DNA of 64,000 nucleotides from Lama guanicoe (taxonomy: Eukaryota): positions 1,243,775 through 1,307,774 of the forward strand of contig MU053994.1 in assembly GCA_013239625.1 (NCBI GenBank), in the 5' to 3' direction. Below are positions 49,630-62,164 of this stretch, one piece after another. Positions within the stretch are counted from its first letter, which is position 1. Every line of letters begins with the position of its first letter. Position numbers and translations under genes: made by a program. The notes under the pieces are model-generated. The model made no database searches and was not told where the DNA came from. It was given only the letters and a program-made list of their open reading frames with translations.

Positions 49630-50346
49630 ATCCAAAATTCTTCATAATAGCCAGAAAAACTGGAAACAGTCGAAATATCCATCAATGAGTAAATGGATAA
49701 ACAAAATGCGATAATTCATACAATGGAATTCTACTCAGCAATAAAAAGGAATGAGCTACTGATACACGTAACAGCATGGTTTCTATCACTGGATGGATTG
49801 TAAAACTGTTATGCTGAGTGATAGAAACCTTGCACAAGTCAGTACAGTGTGATTCCATTTACATGACTTTCTAGATTATATAAAACTAATCCATAGTGAT
49901 AAAAAAAATCAGAACAATGGTTGCCTCTGATTGTTAGGGTTAGGAAAGTGAAGGGATATGAGGGATCTTTCTGGATGATGGTCATGTTCTTTATATTGAT
50001 AGGGGTTTGGGTTGTACTGTTTTATGCCTTTGTCAGAATTCAGTAGTAATTTAAGTTGTGTGTGTTTCATTGTATATAGATTTAACTTCAAGAGGAAAAA
50101 ACAAATATTGAGCTTTAGTCAATGATATGCATATGGATGTATTGGGAGAAGTGAATTGACATCTTCAACTCACTTTGAAATGTATTTAAAAAAAGATGGG
50201 CTAATAGATGGATAAAGGGATAGGTATGTAATAAAGAAATTATAGCAAAATGTTAATTGTAGAATCGAGGTGTTGATATGGGTGTTCACTATAAAATTCC
50301 TTCAACTTTTCTCTGTTTGAAACATTTTCATATTAAAAGAAAAAAA
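49630..50346 (+). mobile_element. Old L1M (L1MC/MD-like) 3' end
   Basis: CATAATAGCCAGAAAAACTGGAAACA...TACTCAGCAATAAAAAGGAATGAGC...GGGTGTTCACTATAAAATTCCTTCAACTTTTCT and an A tail. Confidence 0.9.
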
Positions 50347-51444
50347 GCAAACCAATTCAAAATGAACCTCACTCGGGGGGCACTTCGTGCCTGGAATTCT
50401 GAGCCCACCCCTGGTTGAGTTGCCATCATTGCTACATGTATCTTCTGCCCCCTCTTCTCTTCTGTCATTGTTATAGCCTAGCAACCTCTTTAAGCTGGCT
50501 TTTATTCTTGGACTTGCCTGGGGGTCATCTTTACTGCCTACCCTTCTTCCATTGGAGTTACAATATAAATGTACAGTTGTTGAATGGAAAACACTGGGAA
50601 ACACAATATTTCCTTAGAAGCTGCCCATGGTTACTCTTGGTTGCATAAGGAGAGAGATGCAGGGACTTAGAGATTGATAAATTGGTGAACATTACTCCCA
50701 CTTCCCTCCTTCCTTGCCCCCTCCTCTGAACACCACTGATTTGTAATGACACGATCTTTCACTGCCCCAAATTGTATTGTAAAACCAGAAAACATACATT
50801 CTCTGGAACTGACATTTGTTTGGCCAGAGGTTCTGCTACCATTTGCCTGGAGGTTCACATCCCCCTGTGTGGGGCTGAGCTGACACTGCATAACCCATGA
50901 CTTTCCCACCATTGCAATCTCTTGCATGTGGATATTACACAGAATGCCAAGTGTAGGTCAAAAGAGGCTGCCATGAAAACATTTTTTTTTTTAAAGCTTC
51001 CTTCTCCATGCTTGTCAGCTTGCAAACAGAATGCTGCATTTGATATTTTTCCTTTGTCATCTCAAACCTTTTGTGCAGGAAGATGAGGCATAAAGAAATG
51101 AATACATATGTAAATCTTTATTTTGAGGCAGGGAATTGTAAGTTAACTCCTGCCTGACCATGTAAAGTTGTTTCTATTGAACGATGTAGTTGAGATTAAG
51201 GACGCTAATGTATTTGATCTAATCTGCACCAAAGTCACTAGGTGAGAAAACTGTTGACCCACATCTCACTTTCTAAGGTAATCAGAAAGCATTTGTGCTG
51301 ACAGTTAAGATGTGGCTTAGAGGGCCCCTCTGAGGGTCAGAGTTGGCCTTGGAAGGAAAGCCAGGTTTCAGCAAGGAGGGCCAAAAGCGTTTGCAATAAG
51401 ACCAGAAAACAGACATGAAGCCCTGTTTCTGTGGTTGGGCTGAT

Positions 51445-51510
51445 TTGTATTCATTCAGTCACCAAATATTTATTGAGCACCTACTTTGTGCCAGGCATGG
51501 TTCTTGGGCT
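51445..51510 (-). mobile_element. L2 3' tail
   Basis: TTCATTCAGTCACCAAATATTTATTGAGCACCTACTTTGTGCCAGGCA. Confidence 0.8.
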
Positions 51511-52483
51511 CTCAGGTCCTTGTGTGTGGTCTGTTACATGGCACTGTTAATTCTGTGCAGTTCAGCTCTTCTGCCAGGCTTCAGCACTTCTGATTGTGTT
51601 TTGTTCTATTCATCCCAGCAGTTTTTTTCACCTCTGTTGTCTCACTGGGTGAGTCATCAGGCCCTTCATGGTTGGTTAAATGCAGATGTTCTGTGACTAC
51701 AACCAGAGCTTAGAAATTGCCCAAGTGGCAGACCATGAGAAGGTGGCAGGAACAGCAGCCTTGGGCTCAGCCTTCTGCCAGTTGGCAGCTGCTAACTCCC
51801 CCTTGAAAAGCCAGGCAGTACCTGATGGTGCCAATCCAAGAGATGCCAGGCTCTGGAAAGAGATGAGCTTTTGTTGCTATAACCTTGGATTTTGAATAAC
51901 TACCTACCGTTGGCTAGTCAGCTGGCATCCCTGTGCACATATATCATTGGCTTACTCAGGTGGTAGGTGGTGTCTTTTATGCCTGCTAGCCTGGGTGAAA
52001 TGTCTCAAGTTGACTTGTTGATAGCAGTTTGTTGGCAGAGGCTGTGAGACTGTGGCCCTGTGTTCAAGCCTGGGATCTGCTAGTGGCCAGATTCCCCAGG
52101 TGAAAACCCTTTACTCATTCTTACTGTTTTGCCATCTCCTTTCTTGGCTTATCTACTCCAGACTGCCCCCACAAAAGCCAGTCAACAGTGATACAAAGGG
52201 CAATCATGAGGTGGCTATAAATTACAACTAGAGTAATGCTTGAAATTCTTCCTTGAAGACCTAGCTCCTGTTTCAGCCAACTTCACATGTTTAAAAAGTT
52301 TTATAAAAGCTGGTGCCTTTTCTTTTCCCGAGATTGCTGAGGAGGAATCTAAGGATTCGTCTGCATCTGTGTACATTTGTGTGTGTCTTCTAATGTGAAC
52401 ATATGTTTTGCATGAGGAATGATTTTTCAAGGCTGTAAGTGTGAAAAAGAAAGGTAGTTCAGCATAAAATAATAGTTACCATT

Positions 52484-52927
52484 TGTATCAGTTAGCTTTG
52501 GTGTGTAACAAATCAACCTGAAATTTGGTGGCTTAAATCAACAATCATTTATTTCTTTAAGATTTTGTGGCTTCTGTTTTGAGCTGGCTCAACTGGAACT
52601 GGATGGTCTAGGATGACCTCACTCAAATGTGTGGAGTCTCAGTAGGGATGGCTGGAACAGTTGGGTTTGCTGGGGCCTCTCTGTCCACGTAGTCTCTCAT
52701 TCTCCAGGAGGCTCTCCTGAGCTTCTTCACATGGTAATGGAAATATTCCCAGCAGTGAGAAAGAGCAAGCCTCAAGCTTCTGCTTACATTGTATTTGCCA
52801 ATATCCCGGTAGCCAAAGCAAGTCAAGTGACCAAGCTTGGACTTCAGTAGGTGGGTTAAAAGACTCAGTTTTTTGATGGGAGGAGCTGCAAAGAATTTGT
52901 GGCCATTTCTTTATAATCTCTACCACA
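52484..52927 (-). mobile_element. MaLR LTR (MLT1-family)
   Basis: TGTATCAGTTAGC...TAACAAATCAACCTGAAATTTGGTGGCTTAAA...GATGGGAGGAGCTGCAAAGAATTTGTGGCC...TACCACA. Confidence 0.85.
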
Positions 52928-52934
52928 CTATGGG

Positions 52935-53445
52935 TGATGATATGGGAATAAGCACAGGTTTTAGAGATGGAAGACTCAATCAGATCACAGTTCATCTGCT
53001 TAATAGCTAAGTGGCCTTAGATAATCAGCTACCTCTTCTGAATCTGCTGTCTTATCTGGACATGGAAGAAATAACCACATCTGCCTCGCTGGATGAAATG
53101 AGATCTTTCATTTATCCATTTTTACAATAAGCATGTTCTGAGCCTATGTGCCAGGCCCGGGCTATGCCAGGCATGGGATACATAGTAAATGTCATGTTCT
53201 CGCCCTCAAAATACTTTCACAAATAATATTCACTATAATGTCATCGCCATGAGGATGAGATCTTTTGAGAAGCCATTTAGCCTCTTCCTCACTTTTTTCC
53301 TCATCCCAAATAGGAGATAATTATTAGCAATTTTTATAGGACTCTTGGAAGAATTAAATGAGAAAATTCTTGCAAAGCAAGTTAGCACTGTGCCTGATAC
53401 ACAGTAAATGTTTAATAAATGTTAACTTTTGGTATTGGTGTTATT
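52935..53445. mobile_element. MIR (+), L2 tail (-), MIR (+) mosaic
   Basis: MIR head at 52935-53100; TCATTTATCCATT...TATGTGCCAGGC at 53109-53215; MIR tail GCACTGTGCCTGATACACAGTAAATG. Confidence 0.7.
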
Positions 53446-53903
53446 ACAATTGCAAGGTTACCTTCCTTCTACAAGCATAAAGCCTACCTCAAATTAAAAA
53501 GACAAAGATGGGTGCCTTCCTTCAGCCTGTATCACTCTCTCCCCACTGCCTTCCCTCAACCCACAACCTCCAGGCATGTGGAGAGGTAGAATTGAGCTGT
53601 CAAGAATGCCCCCCTCAACTGTCCCCAATCCCCAGTCCAGCAATACAGAGATCAGTGGGGAATTTCTGAGGGGATCTCTCTCCTCCAGTCTCTTTCTCCT
53701 GGCTGGATCAACAATATAATAATCAAGGCATAAAATCCCAACAGAGGCCTGACGGGAGGTTACCCTGCCCCTTCTGGAACATACAGAGCTGCAGAGAACA
53801 TATTGAGGTAGCCTCTGCCATTATGGTAGACTCATGGGGGAATTTTCTGTATATTGAATGGAAAACTGCCCCCTTCTTAACTCAGAATAAGCCTACCATT
53901 AGT

Positions 53904-54090
53904 CCAAGGTGCCTCAAACTGTAGCACACATTGGAATCCCCTGGAGGGCTTGTTAAAACACAGAGTGCTGGGTCCCACCCCAGAGTTTCTGATCTGGTGG
54001 TTCTGGGGTGGGGCCTGAGAATTAGCATGTCTAACAAGTTCTCAGGTTTTGTGGATGCTGCCAGTCTGTGGATCACACTATGAGTAGCTT
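53904..54090. mobile_element. MER5A (hAT-Charlie MITE)
   Basis: GAATCCCCTGGAGGGCTTGTTAAAACACAGAGTGCTGGGTCCCACCCCAGAGTTTCTGAT...GGGCCTGAGAATTAGCATGTCTAACAAGTT. Confidence 0.9.
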
Positions 54091-54204
54091 TCTATTAGTT
54101 GGTTTCAGAGCCTTTCAGATGTTTAAGGACAGTGAGTGAGTCCCGCACTTTCCTCAGTCACCTCTTCTCCAGGTTAAGCATGTTAGGCCCCTCACTTTTC
54201 CTCT

Positions 54205-54720
54205 TCCTGTGTCAGGCTCTGTCCTCAGTCCTGGGTATCTAAAGATGGAAAATATTTAGACCCAGTCCTCAGGGAGCTTACAGTTAAATGGAAAATAGAG
54301 AGAAAATCACTACAATGTGACCAGAGTAAATGTTCCCTTCATGCCTGCTATGTGTTGTGGCTGTCCTCAAAGGCTGGTGATTCAACAGTGAGCAAGGTGG
54401 CAGAGTTCTTGCCTCACAGAGTCCTCAGGTCAGTGGTGGAGACTGACCAGTAAACATGAAATTACAGTTCAATGTGGTAAGAGTGTGGAGAGAAAAGGCC
54501 AAAAAGCTCTGGAAGCAGAGAGCAAGTACGCCAAAGTCCAGCAGGTGGCTGGAGTGTAGGGGAAGGCTTCTTGGGAAAGGTGATACTCAGATGAAACATA
54601 GACGACAAATAGGAATTAAGCAGGTAAGGGATGGGGTGGGGGATTCAGGCAGAGAGAGGGGATATACAGGAACCTGGTGCAATTTAGGGGTCCTGTGAGG
54701 TGAGCGTGGGCTAGAGGAGG
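54205..54720 (-). mobile_element. L2 fragments
   Basis: TGTGTCAGGCTCTGTCC...GGGAGCTTACAG; CAGTGAGCAAGGTGGCAGAGTTCTTGCCTCACAGAG...GGAAGGCTTCTTGGGAAAGGTGA. Confidence 0.7.
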
Positions 54721-55169
54721 GATGGCAAGAAGCTGGGGTAGAGCAGGGAGAGACTGCCACTTTCCAGGTGGACATTAATAATCCCTGCCTTCACCAAGGG
54801 CATCTTGCTTCTTTCCTGAGGATGGTATTTGACATTTCAGGCCCAGACCCCACATCCAGTCCACTCTCCATTTGGAAGACAGAGGGCAGTTTTGCCCTGC
54901 CTGTTATCTGGACATCTGGGAGCATGACATATGGTGGGGGAGAGCCGGCCCAGGATTAAGTGTTGTCAAGAGCCACAGCAGGACATGTCTGGCCTGGGGA
55001 TCTCATCCCTGTGTCAGGGCCAAGTGCACTGTAGTGAGTCATGTGTGCACTACAGTGTGTAAGGTGGGGGTGGTGAGGCAGTTCGGAAGAGCTTAAGGTG
55101 AATTCTATGGACAAAATCTATAGAGAAATAGAAAGGACAAAAGTAATGCACAGTTCAAGGCATCCCATG

Positions 55170-55385
55170 ATGCTGTAGTCTAAGTTAAGGATTGGAGAGC
55201 CTGAGCTCCATCTTCAATGCAGATTTATTGTGTGACCTTGGACAAGTTGCTTGAATTCTCCGTATCTCAGAATCCGCAGCTATGAAAAGAAATAATAAAC
55301 CCCAGTTCACAGGGTGGATAGGAGACTTAAATGAGGTGAAGCTGTGACGCTCGTGGTACAGAGCCGGCACTCAGGAAACCTATGT
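55170..55385 (+). mobile_element. MIR SINE
   Basis: TGTGTGACCTTGGACAAGTTGCTTGAATTCTCCGTATCTCAG. Confidence 0.75.
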
Positions 55386-56169
55386 TTCTGTGCTGTGCGT
55401 GTCCTCCGGTGGAATCCAAAGAGAAATGGGCCCCTGCCAGGCTCAGAGGCCCAGCTCCAAGAATTGAAATTCCAAAGCTAAAGGAGCATTGATGGTAGGA
55501 ACACTTTTCCTGCTTTAAACTTCTGCCAAGCTGAGTGTAGGAATGTTCAGTTATTCTGTGAGCTGACTGTGTGCCTTGGCTCAAAGAGGCATGTGGGCAC
55601 TGGAAGTGCTGGTGATCTTTGATGATCTTTGATGGAGAAAGTGACCTTGTTTTCAGAGCAAAGAGCAAAGCTAAGATTCACTAATAGGAAGACAGAGCCC
55701 CGAGCCTTGTACTCAGCAAGAACGTGAAAGGATTTCTATTGTCATCTTCAGTCGACTGTGCCTTAAAGGGCAGTGTGGTACACAATGCATCGTAAAAAGA
55801 GGATAATGATTTGCACCTCATTTTATAGTTTGAAATTACTTTCATTGACATCATTTGCTCAGTTATTCAACAAACATTTATTGAGTGCCTAGGTTGGTGT
55901 CAGACCCTCATCATCTTGGGTATTCACCAATAGTCCTTTTAAATTGACTCCTTTTGGGGATTCTCCTTGCCCTCTGTTGATGTGAATAATCAGGGGTGAC
56001 CCTAATTTCCTTTCCACTTCAGCCAGGCCTGGGGAAACTTCCATTTACATTCCTTCCCCTTTGGTGATGCCTGAGTGGTTAGCTTGCTGTGGTCAGTCAA
56101 TTCTGTTGGTTAATGAACTGAGCAAAGAGGTTAAGGTCACAGTTTTCGCCCCCAGGGGCTGATTTACCT

Positions 56170-57045
56170 CTCCACTTGTGTACACCATCCTTTCTCCTCT
56201 ACCCCCAATGTATATGCTTCCTCCCACCTCAAGGACTTTGTACAATTTTTTCATTCTACCAGGAGCCATCTCACTCCAGCCCCTGGTTATTGAGAGTCCA
56301 TGTCATTTCCTCAGCAAAGCCTTACTTGCCTTCCAGCCCTGGTCACTTGCCTCAGTTTACATTCCCATAGTGCCCCATACATCCCCAATGTGGCATTTAT
56401 TAGTATATATAATTATACATTTTTTATAATGATTAATGTCTGTCTCCTTGTGTCAGTTAGGGTAGTGTTCAACTGCAAGTAATAGGAAACTTGACTGATT
56501 GTAGTTTAAACACATGAGGGCTTATTTCTCTCCCATAACAAGACAGGCCATCCAGCACAGGTCTAGTGGCTCAGTCATGCCACATGGGGCTCAAACTCCT
56601 TTTCTCTTCTTTCTCTGCTGTCTGTAGCAAGTATGTTCAATATTCATGTTTACAAGATGACTGCCACTACCCAGGCATAGCATCTGTATTCCAGCCAGAG
56701 AGAAAGGAGAATAGGAAGAATGAGCATCAATTGACTACTGTTTATGTCTCATGACCTGAACTGGGTCACATGGCAACTTCTAGCTGTAAAAGAGTCTAAA
56801 AAGTTAAGTTGTTGTTGCTGTTTAGCTATTAAAACGTATAGAATAGAGTCAAACCAGAGAGAAAGAGTAAGCCAATTAAAGTTGACCAACCACTAGTGCT
56901 TTCCATACTCCCTTATTGAACTTCAGTAAGAGAGCAGAGACCATGTTTCTTTTGTTCGCCATTGTAGTAGCTCCACCTTGTACAGTATCTGTCCCATTGT
57001 AGGTACGTGATAAGCATTTTGTTAAATGTCAGGAAATGAATTTTT
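56170..57045 (+). mobile_element. L2 3' portion split by an MLT1 LTR
   Basis: CTCCCACCTCAAGGACTTTGTACA...GATTAATGTCTGTCTCC, then after the LTR GAGAGCAGAGACCATGTTTC...TTTGTTAAATG. Confidence 0.75.
56449..56907 (-). mobile_element. MaLR LTR (MLT1K/L-like)
   Basis: TGTGTCAGTTAGGG...CTGCAAGTAATAGGAAAC...GGGTCACATGGCAACTTCTAGCTGTAA; flanks CTCCT / CTCCC. Confidence 0.8.
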
Positions 57046-57524
57046 GCAGACAGCATCTCTCACTTTAGGTCTTGAGAGGGACCAGGAGAGGATAATGGAT
57101 CAATGCCATCTTACCACTGTGGGTAAGAAGAATTTAAAATAGACACCATCAGGGGTCCCACTAGCCTTTACATTGCCTTTTCATGAATTAGGAAAAGGCA
57201 CCCACCCCTTCCTCAAGACACGTTACTGCCATCTACTGGAAAATTATCTTAATAGTATGATAAATCTACCACTCTTATGATGTGAATGGTGCCCCCATAG
57301 ATGCAGTGAGGTCATTCACCAATCTGCACAGCCATGTGTGGCCACCTTGCAGGAAACACAAGCACACATCACCAGTAGGGTGGATGTGGCCAGTGAAGAA
57401 GCCATCACACCTGCCTCCTGAAGCGGAAGAGGCGGGTACTTCCTGTGGAGCAAGCCTGAAGATTTTACTCTCTTGCAAAGACTTATGTAAAGACTTATTT
57501 CAAGGTACCAGGGGTATGGTGAGA

Positions 57525-57945
57525 AGATAACCAGAAAGTGTGTTTGAGTTCTGCTCTTCACTTTCTGCCTCTATAATACTGTGAGAATCACTTAATCCTT
57601 CTAAATTTCTGTTTCCTCATGTCTAAATTAGAGACAAGAACTCCTGCTTCAAGAGATGTGTTTGAGACTCCAATGAGATAATGTACATAAAAGGGTTTGG
57701 GAATCTGCTCAGCATTAGAAAAATGTCAGCAATTGTTAGCATGGAGAGCTGATAGGAAATAACTGAATGAGTGTTCCAGTCTTACCTCTACCACTGTCCA
57801 GCCACATGACGTTGGGCATGTTTCTTAATTTCTCTGGGACTCAGTCTTCTCATCTGTAAAATAGGTCTGATGGTATTCGAACCTACTGCCCAGGAAAGTT
57901 GTGAGGATTAAAACTAGTAATGCGTTCAGTAAATGTTAACTACTC
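57525..57945 (+). mobile_element. Two tandem MIR SINEs
   Basis: CTGTTTCCTCATGTCTAAA...; CTCAGTCTTCTCATCTGTAAAATAGG...GTTGTGAGGATTAAA. Confidence 0.8.
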
Positions 57946-58344
57946 ACTTTAAGACAATTGTGCCTTGCATTATACTCTGCATTTTGCATTGTTAAATGTC
58001 ACCTTTGACTTTTGAGGGGAAAAAAGCAGAAAATGAAATGAAACAAAAGGGTTCCTAGGCCTTTTTGAAAAGAGAGCTGAGACTGTGGGAAAAGAGTGAT
58101 TCAGTATATTTCTATGACTCTGGGTCTGTTGTGATGTCTCTGCTGTGTAAAAAGGAAACCTCCTTTTCATAGACCTTATCCTCCCCCTTTCCACCCCATC
58201 CCACCTCCAAAACACTCTTGGCCAGATCTGGATGCTGGTCCTAAGATATTGTAACTAAAATTTCTCACTAAGTGGTCATTGAGATCGATTTTGTGGAAAT
58301 TTCATGATTTACAAAGCAAAAAGGAACCAAAGGTAGGACAAGGC

Positions 58345-58368
58345 CAGGCAGGCAGGCAGGCAGGCAGG
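58345..58368. repeat. (CAGG)n tetranucleotide microsatellite
   Basis: CAGGCAGGCAGGCAGGCAGGCAGG. Confidence 0.9.
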
Positions 58369-59429
58369 GTAGGTCAGGTCAGCCAAGCAGAACCTTGGTT
58401 TTTACATTCTCTGGTTCTCCCCTCCACACCCTTCCCCACAGCCCCTCTGGGATGAAGCCCTGTGACTGCTGAGAAAATCTGTCAGATACTGGAGCAGAGA
58501 AACAGAAGGGCAGAGGGTTTTGAAATAGAGAGCAAGCAACAAACTTGTTCTTTCAACTGCTGTCTAACAGCCGGCTTTCTCATGCACAGTCTCCCTGAGC
58601 CTGATGGTCTAACTGTCTGGTAACAATATTTTATCCTGTCCTCTTTTCCATTTGTCTCCTCTTCACCACTGCCAAGGTCCCCCCCTCTAATCTCTTCAGG
58701 GTATGGCGTTATGGGGAAACAAGATGTTTTCCCTTCATTTCTCACATCACATTTCACTGAAGTAAATAGTACTTCATTTTCCTTCCTTCTGCCCCACAGA
58801 AGGAAACCTGTGCTGAGCACCCGAGTTCCTGGGCTCAGTTGCTATGTGGCCTGAAGCTGACATCTTTTGTGCGTGCCATGGTTTATAGTAGAGTGGTTAA
58901 AAATCAGTTCCCATTCTGGTGACTAAATTTTATTGACTTTTCCAAGGCCTGTGGTGGGACTGACATGTCCCCCATTTAATTACTTCCTCCTTTTTGACAG
59001 CAGATTGAGTTAACCAGAGGACACGCAGGTGGCTCTGGGACCAGGAAATTTGGAGTCGCCATGGCGAGGCAGCTGAGAGGGGGCTGGGGTGAACACAGGC
59101 TGGGGATGGAACAACCTGCTGGCAGTTGTGAGCTGTAGTTTTACGGCTGCACTGGGGGCAATAACCAAACAGTGGGGCTTTTGGACTAATTTGAAGAATG
59201 CTTTGCATAAATCCCAGCTGCTAGCCATATGTCCAACCCTTGTAGAGGGGAGGGTGTATTTCCCTGAGCTCTTGTTTCCTTCTCTGGAAGTCAAGACTAA
59301 CCAAGCCTCTAAATGCCCAGCCCCGGTCTTTAGGGGAGGATGGTCGGCCACAAAAAGCTTTAGCTGATTTAATCACAACCTAAATTTATATTATGCTTTG
59401 CCAGATTTTCCCTTCCCGTAACGTTGTGT

Positions 59430-59860
59430 CATTTTGTCCTAATTTATGCCACAATGTAAGCCAGGTAGGAATCCCCCATTTACAGATGAGAACACTGAGG
59501 CCCAGAGAGCCTGTGACCAATAATGACAAACATGTTGGTGCTTACTAGGTGTCTGGCACGCTTCTAAACCCTGGAGAGATTTCATTCATTTCATGCTTGT
59601 GTCAGTCCTCCAAGGCAAGTACTATTCTTATCCCTGGTTCATTGATGAAGGAACTGAGCCCAGAGTGGTTACTCAACTTTCCCACAGCCACACAGCTAGT
59701 AAGTAGTGTAACTGGAATTTAAACCAAGGCAGTGTGGCTCCAGAGTCTGTATTTCTAAACACTATGCATGCTGCCAGCCAGCTTGGATTCCAGTGACAGC
59801 TGGAATTCACATGCAGGTATTCACATACCAAGTCTAGGTTGTTCCCCGTGCTATGCCCCT
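59430..59860 (-). mobile_element. MIR nested within another MIR
   Basis: CCCCATTTACAGATGAGAACACTGAGGCCCAGAGAG is interrupted by a near full-length MIR (about 59519-59775), then the host MIR resumes. Confidence 0.75.
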
Positions 59861-60753
59861 CCTCTGAAACTTACTCCTTAAAGATCCTTAGTTCCTGGAA
59901 GCATTAGGTGCAGCAATTTAGATTTGGACTCTTTTCATCTGGTATCACAAATCTTTCATTTAAATTTGATTAGTCCCTCCCTACCTACTTACCATGAAGT
60001 CAGAGGCATACCCACTCCAAAGGAGCTGTAATGCGTTAGGAAATTACTCCCAAACCAAGGCTTTGGAAAAATACAGGTATCTAGGTGTCGAGAGTTGTAT
60101 AGCTTGGCAGCCTAATGCCTGGAACAGGTATTTTCTTGCCTCCTTCCTTGGGAAGAATGGGTGTGGTTCTCACAGGACTGGCTGACTTTGTGAGCAGGCG
60201 CACTCCCAACATTCACACACGCAGAGAGTCAGCCTCTCCCTTTGGGAAAAGGTCACTCCAGCCCAGATTTCCCTGACAAAAATGGGTTTCTTAGCTAAAG
60301 TGTTTCCACCAGCCTGTGGTTAGTGTGAACCAACCAGGTGCAAGGCAGGGGGCTGAGAGTTTAATGCGATAGTATCTTCAGCTGCCCAGGCCAACTTTCT
60401 CACAGGAACAAACCAGTAAGAGCTTTGCTCTGCATTCACTGGTGCCCCAAAGAAAGCCTCTGGATGTGTCCAGATTTTATCATTTCATAGCCAAAACCAA
60501 ATGTACACCAAACCCAAATTAGATTTGGGATCATGGCGAAAAAGCAGGAGTATGACTCCCACTTTCAGTTCTGAATAGCAATTTTCTTTCCTCATTTGCA
60601 AACCAACTCTGTAGCCAGGCAATGGGTAACATGAAACAAGTAACACAACTTTGGCTGAGAAACCATAAATGCTGACTATTAGAAAGAGAAGAACAAAATC
60701 GTTTGGGTTGTAGTTATCATTAGTCATAATTATTTAACTTTTTGGCAATGGTC

Positions 60754-61167
60754 TGTTCTCTAGGTTGGATTCTCCCAGAGCCGACTCTGTGACAAGGATT
60801 TGGGTGCATGTAGTTTCTTTGGGAGGTGATTCCAGGAAGTATCATTAAGGAGCGGAGAAGAGAAGGAAACCAAGTCAGAGTGTCAAAACAGGTTGCCACT
60901 GTAGGCAGCAGCCCTCTGGGGGTCTCAAGGAGATGGTATGGAACATGCCTCCAGGTCCCACTTGAGGGGCAGGGAAGCTGGGGTGTTTATCTACCATCTC
61001 CTGTTGGTAACTGGCTTAGGGCTGCCCTTGTGTGAGTTACCTCCCCAGCATTCTCGCCTCTCCCACTTATGGGCTGAGATCTCATTTGCTTATAGTAAGA
61101 AGACATCGGGCTACATGGGGACAGTGAGTGCCAAGGGGATATGAGTAGGACACTGACATCTGCTACT
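60754..61167 (-). mobile_element. ERVL solo LTR (LTR33-like)
   Basis: TGTTCTCTAGGTTGGATTCTCCCAGAGCCGACTCTGTGACAAGGATTTGGGTGCA...TTGGGAGGTGATTCCAGGAAG...CATCTGCTAC. Confidence 0.8.
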
Positions 61168-61221
61168 TTCTGCTTTAGAGTTGAGCCAGTTTATGGAGGA
61201 AGAAGGTCTGAGGGAAGACAA

Positions 61222-61710
61222 GGTATTATAATTAAGATTCTTTTGGTTGCAAGTGGCAAAATCCCAGCTCAACCTAGCCTGAGAACAACAATAACAAAAA
61301 GGTAATATTAGCTCCAGGTGCACAGGCAATGCTCTCAGGGCTCTGTCTTCTGTCCATCTCTTGCTTCTGCTCTCTTCTGTGTTGGCCTTATTGTCTGGCT
61401 GGCTGAGAAGAGACTGGAAAAGATGGCACCTCTAGGCTTACATGATCCTTATTCCTCCTGATCTCAGAGGAGAACATTTTTCCTAATAGTTCTGGTTAAA
61501 ATCTTGAAGAAGACTTTGGTTGGCCTGTTGTGGGTCACGTGCTTATCCCTGTACCAGATGATATGACCAAGGGGATGGAGCCTACTCTGATTGACCAGAC
61601 TTAAGTCTTGTTTTGGAGACGATGGTGTCATCCTACCCAAGCATCATAGACCAAGCAGAATTTGGGGGACCTGTGGGAGGGGTGGTTCTAGAAGTGTGCT
61701 GATAAGTCAG
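61222..61710 (-). mobile_element. MaLR LTR (MLT1K/L-like)
   Basis: TTGGTTGCAAGTGGCAAAATCCCAGCTCAACCTAGC...GGGTCACGTGCTTATCCCTG...CTCTGATTGACCAG. Confidence 0.75.
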
Positions 61711-61737
61711 CTTTAAAAGAAACAAACAAAAACCAAA

Positions 61738-61889
61738 GGCCCTGATTTGTAGCTGATTTTCATGGTATAGATATTCCCACAATGACTGATTTCAGGCAGG
61801 TGACATGATGTCACTAAACGTGGGATTGGGAAGAGATGCATCCAGTTGGTCCTCATGAGACAGTATGAGCTGGCACCAGCACACCACTG
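61738..61889 (-). mobile_element. MER63-like hAT-Blackjack terminal fragment
   Basis: GCCCTGATTTGTAGC...GGGAAGAGATGCA...GAGCTGGCACCAGCACACCACTG is the reverse complement of the CAGTGGTGTGCTGG start. Confidence 0.8.
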
Positions 61890-62164
61890 AGTGATTCCCA
61901 TACAGAGGCATCCTGGGCAGACAGTGTGGCCACCTTGGCTGTAAAAGACAAGGCCAAGGTCTATCTTGTGGAGCCTTGATCACCATGAAAAGCCCAATTA
62001 AGAACTGACAGGATGGCTTGCTTCGTTTGGCATTTATGGTGCTTCGGATGGACTGATATATTAAAACAAGCATTCTTTGCCTGCACTCTTCATCTTGCAA
62101 GTGCTTCCAGGAAACACTTAACTGACGATTTGATGATCTAAAAATAATGTTCTGCAACATGTAT

